Origin: Pristiophorus japonicus | Taxonomy: Eukaryota | Length of the DNA stretch: 64,000 bases | Assembly (NCBI RefSeq): GCF_044704955.1 | Contig: NC_091993.1 | Coordinates: 17,856,001 to 17,920,000 of the forward strand | Direction: 5' to 3' | In this document: one piece after another, positions 12,520-27,861 of the stretch | Layout of the letters: every line of letters starts with the position of its first letter | How positions within the stretch are numbered: position 1 is the stretch's first letter | Translations under genes and position numbers: made by a program | The notes under the pieces: model-generated | Told to the model about the DNA's origin: nothing | Seen by the model: only the letters and a program-made list of their open reading frames with translations | The model's database searches: none

Positions 12520-13990
12520 CTGCCCAACTTTCCTAACTGGACCCCATGCTGGCTGACATTGTAAATGGTTCCCTTTCCTCGGGTACTATTTTCTTCCCTT
12601 TCAAGTGCGATGTCGTCAATCTCCCACCAAGAACCCTTCTGCCCTTGCGATCTGCAACTCCATCTCCGACCTCCCTTTCCACTCTAAAGTCTTCCAACAT
12701 CTCACTTCCTACATCCATGCCCATCTCTCCCACAATTTTTTGTTTGAATCCCTCCAATCAGGTTTTTGTTCCTCACACAGCACTGAAACAATTTTAACAA
12801 AAGTCATGAAGGGCATTCACTGTTTCTGTGACAGCGGTGCATTATGTCTCCTCTTCCTCCTCAACTTCTCTACAGCCTTTGACACATTGAACCACACCAG
12901 CATCTTTCAATGCCTCTCCTCTGTGTTCAGCTTGGTAGGATTGCCCTTGGTTGGTTTTACTTTTAACTAACCAATCATAGCCAGAGCATCTGTAGCAATG
13001 GCTTCTCTTCCCACACAGTCACCTCAGGAGTTCCTCAATGTTCCATGCTTGGCTGACACCTCTTGTGCATCTACATGTAACACCATATACAGACATGGGG
13101 TTGGTTCCCACATCTACCTTGATGATATCCATTTCTACCTCTTCTTGATCTCACTCAACATTTTCACTGCCTCTTTGCTAACAAGCTACTTGTCCAACAT
13201 CCGGTCTTGTATGAGTCACAATTTCCTCCAACTAAACATTGGGAAGATTGAAGCCATCGTCTTCAGTCCCTACTAAAAACTCCATATCCTCACCACCAAT
13301 TTTATCCTCCTCCCGGCAAGTGTCTTGGTTGAAGTCGCCCGCTACGCCGAGGTTGCGAGTGGGCCCGAACTTGTGGCCTCATAGTCTCTCCATCATAAAG
13401 ACAGCTTCAGTGCTCTCTTGACCAGTCTCCCATCCGTTAACTTCATCTCATCCAAATCTACGTTGCCCATATCATGACCCACAACAAGTCCCCGCTTGTA
13501 CATTGCCCCTTTTCTTGCTGATCTACAGTGGCTCGTGTTCCCCCAACACAAAGGAAACAAATACTCTCAACCTTGTGTTTAAATCTCTCCATGACCTCAT
13601 CCTTCCCTTTCTCAGTAACCTTCCAACACCATGCCTATGCCAAACAGTGCTCTGACTCCAGCTGCTTGTGAATTTCATAGAATATACGGCACAGAAACAG
13701 ACCATTCGGCCCAATCAGTCCATGCCGGCCCAACCAGTCCATGCGTATTCCCCCCTACTTCACCCACCATTGACGGCCCATGCCTTCAGCTCCCAGCCTC
13801 TACACTCTGAAATTCTCAATGCCTCCCTCTCTTCCTTTTAATGGCATCCTTTAAAAAACCCACCTCTTTGACCATGCTTTCGATCAGCATTCCTAATATC
13901 TCCTTTGGCTCAGGATCCATTTTCTTCCTTATGCCTCTGAAGCACCTCGGAATGGTTTTATGCCTTAATGGTGCAAGGTAAATCCAAGTT
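12520..13990 (+). mobile_element. Decayed L2-like LINE (RT to 3' end)
   Basis: FESLQSGFCSSHSTET, LLNFSTAFDTLNH, HIYLDDIHFY and FLQLNIGKIEAIVF across frameshifts. Confidence 0.8.
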
Positions 13991-15749
13991 ATTGCTGTTA
14001 CCTCTTTAAAAAGTGTATAGATTCCACACAGATTCCACCTGTTGTCATTGGATTAAGACAAGATTGCGTGACTTTTGCCTGGAAAAAAAAACTTGAAAGG
14101 ACGTGTGTCTCTGATTTTCCCAGTTCCATTTATCAACATGGAGATGGTTATTGATTTGAAGAGTAGTGATTACTTACCTTTAGATATAGAAGTTGTTTGT
14201 TGATTTTCAACCAGTCAGCTCAGTTACAACATTTCCTTTCTAAAGGGGGAAAAAAAAGCTGCTGACACTGTTAAGGTTTATGAAATTGTAAGTTGGATAT
14301 ATCGATTACTTAAAATCTCAATTTGCAGATGTCATGATCAGCTTCAGCTGCTGATCGAAAATCAACAAATTCTTTGATGCACGAGTTCAAGTGCAGCATT
14401 GTTGGTAATTTGAAAGGGAAATTGGACCAAAAGTTGTTTGTGAAACATTTGGACTTTGCAACAAATTTTGTAAGCATGACAACTGGCATGATTTACATAA
14501 TATACTAACTACTCTGTTGAATACTGGTCATGTCAAGTGGTAAGATCGGACCTAATGAATGATATAACTCATGTTTTGTCGATCAGCATTTACATAATAG
14601 AAGTAAAATAACTATTTCTTAAGTTCAGATTGACTTAGAACTGAACTTGCAAAACAATGTCATTGTGCAAACTTTTGAAAGCCATTCAATACAAATTATT
14701 TTGCGCTTAGTTACCGATAGACGGCTCTTAAACTTTTATTTTGTTTAATAAAAGTGGTAACGTTAACAATGCAAGGTCGCTTGTTATTTTTATGCGATTG
14801 GTAGTTTCTCACATAATGGGCCTATCAAGAGGCTAGGCACAGTTAGTTCCTAACGCGATGATATTGCAATAAAGGGGAAGACTTACAGATCGGTAGCTCG
14901 TTTCATGAGAAATTGAATTATGCAATTCTGTACAAAGTAACAAGATCACGCTAATGTTTTGTTGTATTATGTAGCAACAGCAAGGTTGGCAGTATAATTT
15001 CTGTCCCTAATCTTACTAGTAATTGTACTGGTCAGCGATACTTAATAATGTGTCTCCTTATGGTGATGTATGTCATTTTGATTTACTAGTTTGCAAAGAT
15101 GCTAGATGTCTGTGAAATGTATTTGAAATAAAGAGTTTACAAAAAGCATTTGTGCTTTTTTTAATTGTAAAGCATTGGCATGATGATGTAGCACGTTGGA
15201 AGTTACAGGAACACTGATTTGGCAGTCTTTCTCCCCTCCTCCCCGCCCCCCACCAATCTCCCACTGCCAGGTTTCCAATGGCGGACACTGCTGTGGGAAG
15301 GTGTCAAGTGGATGCTAGTGCCTATCCGGAAGGCGATGGAATCCAGGAGAAAGTTACACATATCCCATCAGTGAGTTGTCCAGAGCTTTATTGGCAGGAG
15401 GCTGGGAGTGCTCATCCTCCCCTATAGCCAGAGGAGGGTGTCTTTCACAAGGAGAAAGTGGGGCTGGGAGAAGGGTTTTTTAAGCTCTTTTACTGACCCC
15501 GCAATTTTCTTTTCATTGAAACTTAAATCTAGGTCTGTGTTGATAAGAGTTAAAGCTGGAATAACTTTTTACAAAGAGGAATTGTTTGTATTCTATGAGA
15601 ATCAACCTGAATATAAAAATGCTGTCATTGATTCAGTGGAGATGCTAATTGTAGAGCATTGGCCTGTCAGTTAGGAGATCCAGGAAGAGGTGCAAATTTG
15701 CTTGATGTTTGGAGGGTGCCTTCCTGTATTGCTCAGTTATAAATATTAC

Positions 15750-16819
15750 GGGCCCAAGTTTCCACACGATAAAAAACGGGCGCCCCTCCGAGCTGGGCGC
15801 CCATTTTTCGCACCTAAAACGGCGCCTAAAAAAAAAAAAATTGCGATTCTGGAGCGCCCTGCAGCTCCTTCTCTGCTTGGCGCGGCGCCCAGGGGGGCGG
15901 AGCCTACACTCGCGCCGATTTTGTAAGTGGGAGGGGGCGGATACTATTTAAATTAGTTTTTTTTCCTGCTGGCAACGCTGCGCGTGCACGTTGGAGCGTT
16001 CGCGCATGCTCAGTGTGAAAAAAACATTGGCACTCGGCCATTTTTGTAGTTCTTTGTAGCTGTTTAATTTTTGAACATTTTTTTAAATAAAAGCACATTG
16101 CCATCAGCACTTGCAGCCTTCTCACTGTCTCCTCCACCCCCCCCCCCCCGCGGGAAGAACGATCCTCTCTCTCCCCCGAAGAACGGGCGCCTCCAACCCC
16201 CCCCGCCCCCTTTGCGGGAAAGAACGGGTGCCTCCTCTCTTTCCCCCCCCCCCCCCCCCCCGCGGGAAGAACGGGAGCCTCCTACCACCCCCACCCCCCC
16301 GTGGGAAGAACGGGCGCCTCAGGCTGACTGCAGCATTCTCCGTGCCTGAAGCACTTTCACACAGGTAGGAAGATGGTTTCTTTAATCTTTTCTTTGCTTA
16401 TAAATGTTTATTCAGGTTGGATTTATTTGTAGAAGTATAAATAAGGATTTATTGTAGAATTTAATGAGTTCCCTCCCCCCCCCCCCCCCCCCCCCCCCCC
16501 ACCTCGTTCTGGACACCTAATTTGTAACCTGCGCCTGATTTTTTAATGTGTAGAACAGGTTTTTTCAGTTCTACAAAAATCTTCACTTGCTCCATTCTAA
16601 CTTAGTTTGGAGTACGTTTTCACTGTGGAAATTTTGAAATCAGGCGTCAGTGGCCGGACACGCCCCCTTTTGAAGAAAAAATTCTGTTCCAAAGTAGAAT
16701 TGTTCTACCTGACTAGAACTGCAGAAAAAAAAATGTGGAGAATTGCGATTTCTAAGATAGTCCGTTCTCCACCAGTTGCTCCTAAAAATCAGGCGCAAAT
16801 CATGTGGAAACTTGGGCCC
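15750..16819. mobile_element. Non-autonomous DNA transposon (PIF/Harbinger-like MITE)
   Basis: TIR GGGCCCAAGTTTCCACAYGAT (20/21); 3-bp TSD TAC on both sides; internal poly-C and GAAGAACGGG repeats. Confidence 0.9.
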
Positions 16820-17115
16820 TACATGTTGGAAGTAATTTCCCTCTCTCTTCTGACAATGCTGCTGTATAGCCATTTCTATTCTATGTGAGTTTGGGTATGA
16901 TTTTGTTCCTAGTTTCTCTCTCATAAAATTGAGAAGAAGACTGACAGACGCTTATTAAATTTGGGAAAATTGGAGGGGTCTGGTAACTTCTTGGTGAAAC
17001 GGAAACTGAAATATCGAAACTGGTCAAAAGCTTGGATGGAAATAATAATAGTTGATGTGCTTCCCTACATCTTACAATATTCAGCAAGTTTTAACATGAC
17101 ACAAATTGAAGCTGA

Positions 17116-17385
<270 letters not shown>

Positions 17386-17715
17386 TAGTAACATTGCACA
17401 AGGTAGGAACAGTTGCCAAACTGAAATGGCAGTGATATTCAGACACAATTTGAGAGACAACTTTACAACTACTCATTTGGATGGAGATGTTAGAGTTTCC
17501 TTATTGCAGAACTCCCTTAGTACTGTACAGAAGTGTCAACTTAGATTATGAACTAATGGGACTTGAGCCTCATTGTTCTGACTCAGAGAACTAAAGCAAG
17601 CTCAGGGTTAACTTCATTCTTGCAGTTCCCGTTTTCTGATAAGTGCATAGGTTTTTTTGTTTTCATATGATAAAGTGTGTGCACAGAATGTAGTGTTGTA
17701 GTTTTAATAATTCTA

Positions 17716-18301
17716 GGGCTAGAAATTCACCAGCCTGTCGATACTTGTTTTTTAACGTCATTTTTGTGGAAAAATAAGAATAAAAACTTCGCCATTTTTT
17801 AATTGGGTAAATTTGGCCCAAAAATACGCCTGTCAATAAAAATCAGCATTGCTGGAGGATTCGTGTTGGAAACCGCTGTCCTCGCTAATTTTACGGCGAG
17901 GTTAATATTGCCAAATTACAGAGGAGAAAACATACAAAAATTTGCAAAAATAAAAAAATCAGAAAACATGAACAATACCCTTAAGTAATCAATTGCTAAT
18001 AAAGAATTTAAAAAAACTTCGGCTTACCTTTTTTGTAGGTCTTCCTACTTACCGACGTTTCTGAGGCTGCAACGCCTGTTTTTCTCATGCGTTGTTTTTT
18101 CACCCGAGGACGGGTTCGTCGAACAGCCAAATTTAGGCGGTTCTATTTTTAACGTATGGCAATCTGCTTTTTGGCAATATTTCGATACTGTCATTCTTCA
18201 CCTTTGGGCAATTTTGTTAGGTTTCTTTTAATAACAAAAAAGCACTTTTAATGCGAAAAAATTGCATCAAAACGTGCATTAAGCTGGCTAATTTCTAGCC
18301 C
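17716..18301. mobile_element. MITE with GGGCTAGAAATT TIRs
   Basis: 12/12 terminal inverted repeat extending to CCAGC; TSD not preserved. Confidence 0.75.
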
Positions 18302-19040
18302 ATTGTTCCTTCAACTATATGATCACATTGTGTTAAGCAGTGTGCAGCAGTAAATCAGACGTTCAAGTCATTTGACCTCTTGACTTCCCAATGCCATGGG
18401 TGGTCCACGAGTGAGTAAGTATAGTATGTAAGTGTATGTGTGTACATTTGTTAACATGCCGTACATCTAGGACACATGGTCTTTTTATTGCAGTCTCAAC
18501 TACACTAATCACATTGCATTGGCCGTGGACATGACCACCATTTTTTTGCCCTCATGAACATTCTCCAACAAAGGCTAGTTGAGGGAAAAAAATGGTGGTT
18601 ATGTCCAAGCTTCTGCCAGTACCTCACCACTTGACTTAAGTCTGGAAGACAGCCTTTTCAGTTATATAATAGCGTGAAGTGATGATACTGGTTGTCATTT
18701 GAGGTTATGAATTAGGCAAATCACAGCTTTAAAATACACTAGATTAAGTGTGATTCCTCTCCACTCCCCATGGTATATTTATACTTGATGACATCTTTGT
18801 TATACAAGCAAGTTGAATGTCATGATGTATGTGCCCTGGATTACTACTGATTCATTCATACTGAATCTTTTATTGAGCTATATTATTCCATCCTTGTGTG
18901 ACTCACTCCTAGTCTTATGTGTTCAATTTTATCCAGGCTATTGCTGCCTTGTATACTTGCATTTCACTAGATGCTAATGTTCAAAAGTCTCATTGCTGAT
19001 GAAATATTCTCAACGTAATCTGATTTTAATTTTGTTTCAG

Positions 19041-19200
19041 ATATACAGTTATCTCGATAAATACGTCGTTGGTCAATGCTATGCTAAGAAAGTGCTTTCA
19101 GTTGCTGTGTACAACCATTACAAGCGCATTTACAACAATATTCCAGCTAGTCTGAGGCAGCAAACAGAAGTGGAAAAACAGGCCTCCCTAACACCTCGGG
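19041..19200 (+). CDS. CLPX: CLPX exon 5
   Basis: [33 protein letters not shown]...SLTPR; 160 nt. Confidence 0.97.
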
Positions 19201-22200
19201 GTTAGTATTTTACATCTTTCTGAACAAATCGGTTGACCACTTTTAGACTTTTACAGTTCATGGTGTTGAATTGAACTGGAGCGGAAATGCTGGTGTCTCT
19301 AGTTCATTAATGTTTTGCAACATTATTGGGAAGGGATGGTGAAGAATAACCGATTCTGTTTGCAAATTGGTTAATATTTGCCTTTGTATCGAGCTGTTTT
19401 ATCATGTCTATTGAATGGAAAAAATAGACATAGCATTAGTGTGCTGCAGCAATATACTTACTGTTTCACAGACCAATAACTCAGGAGATCAACAACAACT
19501 TTGTGTGTGTAAGCAAGATGCTTGCCCAGAGAGGGTGAAAATCATGGACTAGTAGATTAAATAAAATAATAATTTAGAGAAGCATGGAAGCAGGTCATTT
19601 GCCCACATTGTTAACAAATGCTGTACAACAAAAGATGATCCTAAATAGAACAATAATCTGCAAATCACATCTGTGCAATATACAATTGCTACTCCTATCC
19701 TTGCAGATCTATTGTGCATGATTCAGTGATTCTGCATGGTATTGAAAGGGTTGATTCATCTTCATATACATTTATCAAATAAAAAGTAAAACAACGTATG
19801 ACTATAATTTATTCCTGCTGAATTGACAATCTGGTGTGAATAAAACTTGTTTTTACATCCCAATGACTTATGCTCCATATACATCAGGTTATGCCCATCA
19901 TCAAACGAGCAACATCATGGGGACTGTGTCCTTGCATAATCTCTTGCTGACTAAGCCTCACAGTAGTCACATCATCATTCTTTGCTGGTACTTTGTAAAA
20001 GCACAATAGCTGCAGGTCAACTGATAGTTATTTTTCTTCCATTCTTGACAGCAGTGTCTCACTGTAAATGAAAGATTTGCATCAATCAAGACAATTTCTG
20101 CTTAAATACAACTTCAGTTGAAGATATTTATTTGTAGCATTGCTAAATAGTTCATGTAACATGGGTCATGAGTTGACTGCTGAGTCAACAACCACCAGTA
20201 TAAAATAAAAGCCTTGCCTGCTTGATCCATGACTTCTTCATGGGTAAAAATCAAGAGAGCAATCTGAAAGGTGGTCAATCATAGCCATTCTCATGCTCTA
20301 CTAAACATCGTTTGGAACATAATCTAAATAATCCATTTTAATCTTCAGTTCCTAGAATACATTTTAAAACGATCAGATGGTAAATAAGGTCACTATTTTT
20401 TCTGTTACCATTACTGAGCCATTATCTTGATGTTTGTGGAGGATAAACAAGGGAGAGGTTAAATTATCCACTTTTTAGTATTCATTATTTGGTTAACCTC
20501 CATGTACATAATGCAAATGGACTCACCGTGATTAAAAGTTTTATTAAATTTGAAAAATTATTCCACACTGTCAAAGTTTGATCCACTCTGAAGTTTGCCT
20601 CTCTCTTAGAACCAAGGGTTGTTCTAAGCCTGGATTTCTTGCACAGTGTGGGAACCAGGGAAGACCATGTATGTGGCTCTGGCACATCGACAGAAAGCAA
20701 CATTTTGGCAGGGGCACTGTTCTTGTGGTTTTATTTTAATTGAACAATGGATCTATCCTCTGATGTATGTTGAGCTTCAAAGAATGAGGAACACAATACC
20801 AAAGGTAAGTAATCTATCATTGAGGTTCAAATTTCAAAGAATTTCAACGGCGTTGCCAATTTTCTGCTTGTATTTCATGTAAAAAGAAAGAATGTATATG
20901 TTTGCTTTTATTAAACAAGAATATATTTATATAGTATTTCCCTAAAATGATGAATCATCAAGGTTAAAACTAGCAGTTGTTAATATTGTTTGTGTAGTCT
21001 AGTTTATGTAGCCTAAAACAACAATGTTAATTTATATGTATCAATCTGCAAAGTAATTCACTATCATGCAAAGTGAGCAGGACATGGGCATAGGGGGGTG
21101 GAGGGAGAGAGGAAAAGGTTATCAAAAATGGTTAGCTCATAAAGTTTTGGCAGAAGCATTAAAGAAGAGCTTTTGACAACATTCTTGTGGGTTTTACATC
21201 TGTTCCCAGGCAGCATTTACTTGTCAGAGTACCTTGCAGATTTTCATGCCAGCTGTTGCTGTGAAATAGGTTAATGCATATTTTTTTTTAAATCAGTTTC
21301 GACAGGCAACAAAATCTCTCATGTTTTAAGTGTTATACTTTATTGGCTGTTGAAAATAGGCCATTAAGTTGTTCCATTAGCATTTGAAACATTAAGAGAT
21401 CTAAAATCCTCTGAAAACCTGAACAATGATCCCATTTCCCGACTACAAGGTGAAAAAAAGATTAGATGGATTAGCAATTCCGCAGGTCCTTGTATTAGTC
21501 CGAACAAGGACAAGTTAAAGGTGAATGATGTAACTCTGGTGGACTTGACTTGTGCACATGGTGTGTTTTGGGTTCCCCAGCAATCCAGCCTGGAGTAACC
21601 AAGTGTTTTTTGATATCTAATCATGGTTATAGACTGACTTCATCAAAAAGAACTGAGGCTTGATCAGAGGACGCAACTCTTGTGCTGCATGGTAGTGTGG
21701 GGAAGATTTGTGACTCTTTAAGGCTGCAGTGAGAAGTTCTTCAATGTAATGGTTTGTACTGGGTTCAATTATTGCATCTATAGAACTAATAAAATGGAGG
21801 ATGAGCTACATTCAAAGAGTAGAAACTCCTGTACTAACGGGCTGTAGTGATTTTGTATTAGCAGTTGCAAGGTGCCTGTTGGGAAAAGGATTCAGTCAAT
21901 TTTGCAAGTTGTAGGTGCCTTGGGCTGCAGATGGGGTGGAAGAATTTGGATGCAGCCATATTTTTGGTCTTGGCTGATTGCAGGAGGGGTCAGCATTGGG
22001 CACAGGGAGATGATTGTGCCTGTGAAAAAACAGCGTGAAGGGGCTGCCACCTACCTCGGAGGCCCACAAATCTTGACCGCTGGGTGGAAGGAAAAGTTAG
22101 TACGATGCACTTATGTGGGAAATTTAAAACTTACTAATTTAAACCTAAAATGAATACCTTAGCATGATGTGAGCTTCCTGTGAAAGCAAAGTGTATACTG

Positions 22201-22598
22201 TATGTGCAAATAGAAGAATCTCTGTCTTGGTACTCCGATTACATTACCTGTTTCAGATTGGCTGTTGAAGGATACAGAAGATTTCAAAATGGCTGCTGAT
22301 GTCCATCAGCCTCTTTTGCAAGATCTCCCTCTGCAGAATTTCCCCCACTGTGCTTTGTTTTCGTTTGCATTCTGTCTATGCACAATTTTTTTTTATTTTT
22401 CTTTAAAATTATTTCCATCTGAGTGAGACTTGGAGTCCTGTCATGACAGATTAGATGCCTCTCAGTAGCTAGAAGCACCCCAGTTTAGAAATAATGGGGT
22501 GGTGGCGTACAGAAAGGCATTGCCAACTGTTATATTCCACAGTGATAAAATATTCCTTCTGCAGACTGTCTTCCTATTTGGAAACCTTGGAACATAAT

Positions 22599-23438
22599 GG
22601 GCTGGATTTTTCTGTTTCCCACCCGCACGGTGTGAGGGGACCCGGGAGGCAGCGGAAAACCTGGATGTTCAGGTTTCCCGCCACGCTAACCCCGGGGAGG
22701 AGCAGGCTGATGGTGAGGGAGCCTGGGGGGCTGAGAGGAAGCACTGCTGCTGCTCCCGGCCCGCAAGGATTGCTCCCCGAGGCTGATGCCGCCTTGTTGG
22801 AGTTCAGAAGAATGAGAGGTGATCTTATTAAAACATACAAGATTCTGAGGGGACTTGACAGGGTAGATAGAGAGAGGATGTTTCCCCTCGTGGGGAAATC
22901 TAGAACTAGAGGGCATAGTTTCAGAATAAGGGGTCGCCCATTTAAGACGGCGATGTGAAGGAATTTCTTCTCTTTGAGGGTCGTGAATCTTTAGAATTTT
23001 CTACCCAAAGAGCTGTGGAGGCTGAATCATTGAATATATTCAAGGCGGAGATAGACAGATTTTTGAACTACAGGGGAGTCGAGACTTATGGGAGCTGGGT
23101 GGGAAAGTGGAGTTAAGGCCAAGATCAGATCAGCTATCACATTGAATGGCAGAGCAAGTTCGAGGGGCCAAATGGCCGACTCCTGCTGCTATTTCTTCTG
23201 TTCTTATGTTGCAGCTACCAGGAATTCTGAGTCCCGGGATCCCCGGCCGCCCACAGTTAAACCTGCAAAGCAGGTTAAAGTAGAGGCTTCAGGCCTCATT
23301 ATAATCTTTAAATTGCCAACCCGTCTCCTGACAGTGTACGGTGTTGGGGGTCTGGTTTTACATTTCTACAACTTTCACTCCCCCCCCCCCCCCCCAATGC
23401 CTCCAACTCACCTGTTCTTACCTCTGAAAATTCCGGCC
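22599..23438. mobile_element. MITE with a nested CR1 3' fragment (~22797-23210, +)
   Basis: GGCTGGATTTTTC ... GAAAATTCCGGCC ends; the inside translates LEFRRMRGDLIKTYKIL and ends in a TTCTTATG tail. Confidence 0.65.
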
Positions 23439-24162
23439 AACGTATTCGAAATCTAAACTTTTGAGTAGACTTTTTAAAATTATTTTACTTTATAAAATGT
23501 TCTCTAATGGTCAAGAGCTTTAACTCTGGCAGCCTGAGTGTTAACTTTGAACTGGACAAAAAGCTACTGCTCCTGAGCAAAGTCAACAGAAATAATCTCC
23601 AGTTATATCATTGAAAATTATTTGCATGCTGATTGCTTCTGCTCCCTGGACAGTCCATTGCTTACAAGTTCGGGTGTTCTCATCCACCAAAAGAGGACTG
23701 ACAAAACCCTGACTTAATTTCTCAACCTGGGGGGGAAAAAAGCAATTAGATGCTCATAAGAGTGTTACAGCAGAGAAACATCAATTGCGCCATCAATCTG
23801 CACTGGTGGGTTTTTCCTTGTGCTAAATCTCACTTTCTTGCTTGCTCTCCTTGATGTTTAATATTCTTTTTCAAGCAGCTACCTAATTACCTTTTAAAAG
23901 GATGTATTGACTCTTTCCCCCAATAACTGTGGCAGAGATTTCAGCAATCTAACACTAAAGTCCGTGTGAAGAAATCCAGTGTTATTCCATGAAGTAGAAG
24001 ACACAGTTAACATTGCTTTCATATTAAACCACAGCTGAAGAAGTGTCAAATCAGTTTGGCCACTATACTGCAAGGATGGTAAAATACATTATGTAATACT
24101 TCTGACGGGTATCATTGATGACTAAGAGATGTATTTATATTGCATGTTTTATTTATGATCTA

Positions 24163-24585
24163 GAAAGAAAGAAAAACTTGCATTTATACAACGCCTTTCA
24201 CGACCTCAGGATGTCCCAAAGCGCTTTACAGCCAATGAAGTACTTTTGAAGTGTAGTCACTGTTGTAATGTAGGAAAAGCGGGAGCCAATTTGCCCACAG
24301 CAAGCTCCCGCAAACAGCAATGTGATAATGACCAGATGCTGTTTTTTAGGTGTTGATTGGGGGATAAATATTGGCCAGGACACCAGGGGTAACTACCCTG
24401 TTCTTTTTTCAAAATAGTACCATGCGATCTTTTGTGTCCACCTGAGAGAGCAGACGGGGCCTTGGTTTAACGTCTCATCCGAAAGACAGCACCTCTGACA
24501 GTGCAGCACTCCCTCAGTACAGCAGTGGAGTGTCAACCTAGATTTTTGTGCTCAAACCTCTGGAGTGGGAGTTGAACCTTCAACC
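24163..24585 (-). mobile_element. DeuSINE
   Basis: Reverse complement of the consensus from the AAAGAAAG tail to the B box. Confidence 0.85.
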
Positions 24586-25575
24586 TAATCAAATTATCCT
24601 TTTGCTAATGGTCTGTAATGCACTCCATTCCCAGTGTTTGTTGTGTTCTCATCATGAGCAACAATTCATCAAAACCTTATAAAGTCAGTTTTTAGTGCCA
24701 ATTTTAAACGGATTTTTTCAATTTCTATTTAGCGCCTCCAAAAAAAAAATAGGACATTTAGAGAAAAAAAATCAGTCATTTTTACTTTTTATATCACTAA
24801 ACAAAACAAGCAAGGGACTCAGAAAAACACTTACGCTAAATGACAGCCCACAATTATTTACACCGTTCACAGACAATATTTTTAATGACCTCAATGGAAG
24901 TTCCAGAAGTAATGTAATACAGGCACATGTTTCCACGGTCAACCTAGTTTAGCACTAAAATACATTTCTGGTATTTATGAATGGACTGTGTGCTGAACAA
25001 TATCGACAGCTAACATTAATGTTTAAAATAAGATATCTTCGGCATAATATAAATATTTTTCATGTCATACTGAAATATAAAATGCTAAATTTTTGCAATA
25101 TTTGCTTTGAATGGTAAACTGTGATCATTGTATTTGGTATTCAGTAGAGATGTAGCTAGGCTGTTAATCTCTACAAAATTATAACTGAAGCCGGACTGCG
25201 AGTGTTTAAGACAGACTGCCTTATTTGTGCCAAGAATGTGAGCTGCTACACCTCAGCATTCAGTTTTAGTTTCAGTTCAAAATGTCTGCACAGATTGCTA
25301 GTCGTGAAGTTTCAAGTTTTTCTGCCTGTGGAATTTTTGACTGTCTGTCCCTTGTAAACAGTGTTCCTGGAATGTGCATTATGCTAAGGATAATCTTTGT
25401 CCATTAGAGCTTTATTTCTCCTTGTGGTTTGAGCTCCTAGCAACTAGTATTTATTTTGTAAGATGTAGCCTTGGTACAGTTCCCTCACTGAAACACGTTA
25501 CTCAAAATAATACATTTAAAAATTAGCCAGTTAACCTTAAAGTAATGGATGTTCTTTTGGCCGTGGGGGCTGGTT

Positions 25576-26392
25576 AGAACATAAGAAATAGGAGCAGGAT
25601 TAGGCCATTTGGCCCATCGAGCCTGCTCCTCCATTCAGTAAGATGATGGCTGATCTGATCATGGATTCAGTTCCACTTCCCTCCCTGCTCCCCATAACCC
25701 TTTACTCCCTTATTGCTCAAAAATCTGTCTATCTTCACCTTAAATATATTCAATGACCCAGCCTCCACAGCTCTCTGGGGCAGAGAATTCCATAGATTTA
25801 TAACCCTTTGAGAGAAGAAATTCCTCCTCATCTCAGTTTTAAGTAGGTGGCCCCTTCTTCTGAGACTATGAACCCTAGTTTTAGTTTCGCCTATGCGTGG
25901 AAATATCCTCTCTGTCCTTGTCGAGCCCCCTCGTTATCGATGTTTCAATAAGATCACCTCTCATTCTTCTGAACTCCAATGTGTATAGGCCCAACCTACT
26001 CAACCTATCTTCATATGACAACCCCCTCATCGCTGGAATTAACCTAGCGAACTTTCTTTTGAACAGCCTCCAATGCAAGTATATCCTTCCTTAAATACGG
26101 AGACCAAAACTATGCAGTACTCTAGGTGTAGCCTCACCAATACCCAGTACAGTTGTAGCAGGACTTCTCTGCTTTTATACTCTATCCCCCTTGCAATAAA
26201 GGCCAACATTCCATTTGCCTTCCCGATTACTTGCTGTACCTGCATATTAACTTTGTGTGTTTCATGCACCAGGTCCCTCAGTACTGCAACACTTTGCAAT
26301 TTTTCTCCATTTAAATTGTAATTTGCTTTTCTATTTTTTTCTGCCAAAATGGATAACCTCACATTTTCCCACATTATACTCCATCTGCCAGA
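25576..26392 (-). mobile_element. CR1 3' fragment
   Basis: KANGMLAFIARGIEYKSREVLLQLY; CR1 tail. Confidence 0.9.
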
Positions 26393-27819
26393 TTTGAGGG
26401 GAGAGGGGAGATCGGGAGCAGCGATTAGTTCCTTTAATGTTGGGTCTGGAAGAGCAGCTCTGCTCCTCCCGGCTCTGCGTTCAGGTCAGTTACTTTCCTT
26501 CGTTGTAGGCGATCCCGAGGGTTGGTGCAGCCTACGATGTCAAACCGATTTTGGAGAGGGGACCTCAAACAGGCGTTCGGCCCCTTTGCATATGCAAAGG
26601 GCCTTTCATCTACTACAGGCATGGGTAAAGGATGCCTTTTATTTGTCCTTGCCTAATATGGTATGCAGCGCGATTCCTGCCTGCCATTTTGGGGCCTTGG
26701 ATGTCCACAATTTCAAGGCTAATATATAGTTTTACCAAGTAATCTTCTGACTTATAATCAGCTGACTTGGCAGTATAATTCAGCATTTTGTTTGCTTTGT
26801 TTATCACTTGTGGTTTGGCATGTTAAGTGCTAGCTATCTTTCTCCACTTTAGCTGTGCCATGCACTGCATACTAGTAATTCCCATTTTCCTTTCCAGTGT
26901 GTAGTGCCTTGCACTTGTCTGTATTGTATGTCATCTACTGATTTGCCCTATTACAGATTTTATCGATACCTTTTATGTAGGTCCTCTCTACCGGTTTAGT
27001 ATCATGTGCAAATTTGTGATTAGTGAGCACAGAAATAAAAAACAATCTCTTTATTAAAAATATCAGCAACTTTTTTATTTTCATGCATCAAAAGTGTATT
27101 TAAGTTCCAATTTTGCAGGAAGTGACTTGAGTAGAGTACAGCAGTGTTTGAAAAAGAAACTACTGAGATTTGAGCTTTAAAGTTGTGTTTTTTATCCAAT
27201 CAGAATTTAATTGGGGTAAACCTAAATGTAAGGCACATATTATTAAAACTAATGTAGATTGTTTAATACTTATTTTAAATTATTTAGTTGTGGCTAACTG
27301 CCTAAACAGTGGAGTAACCTGTTGTAACTTCTAATTAGATAGATAAAAACAAGCCATTTAGTTTAGTTCCCCAGAAGAGTCGACCTTTTTTTGCAGTAGA
27401 ATATTAACTGATGTCTGCTGTGGTACACGGAGTATATGGAGAACGTGAATTTTTAAAATCTTTAATCTGCCATGGCAATTTTTGTCTGTACTGTATTGTA
27501 ATAGAAATCATTGCTGCAGTTATATTACCCGCCCCTCCTCAAAATGACAGTGGTTCTCAACTCGTATGCATTGTTTTAAACTTTTTTTTGTAGGGTTGGG
27601 AGGTGGTTAAAAGGAAGACTTGCATTTACATAAGGAATCAGTATACAATTAAATGACTCCAGTCTGAATCTGATCTGTATAATAAAAGGCCTGTAGACTA
27701 GTGTGAAGAAGCAAAATGCAACAGATATACTTGTTAAATGTGCAGATTGAACGTTCATCTATGCCTGTTGCTGCCTTTAGTTAGTTCGCTCTTTGATATT
27801 ATTTCTAACCTTTCTCTAG

Positions 27820-27861
27820 AGTTAGAAATCCGAAGACGAGAGGATGAGTACAGATTTACAA
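27820..27861 (+). CDS. CLPX: CLPX exon 6
   Basis: ELEIRRREDEYRFT(K); ctctag acceptor, gtaagt donor; 42 nt. Confidence 0.95.
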
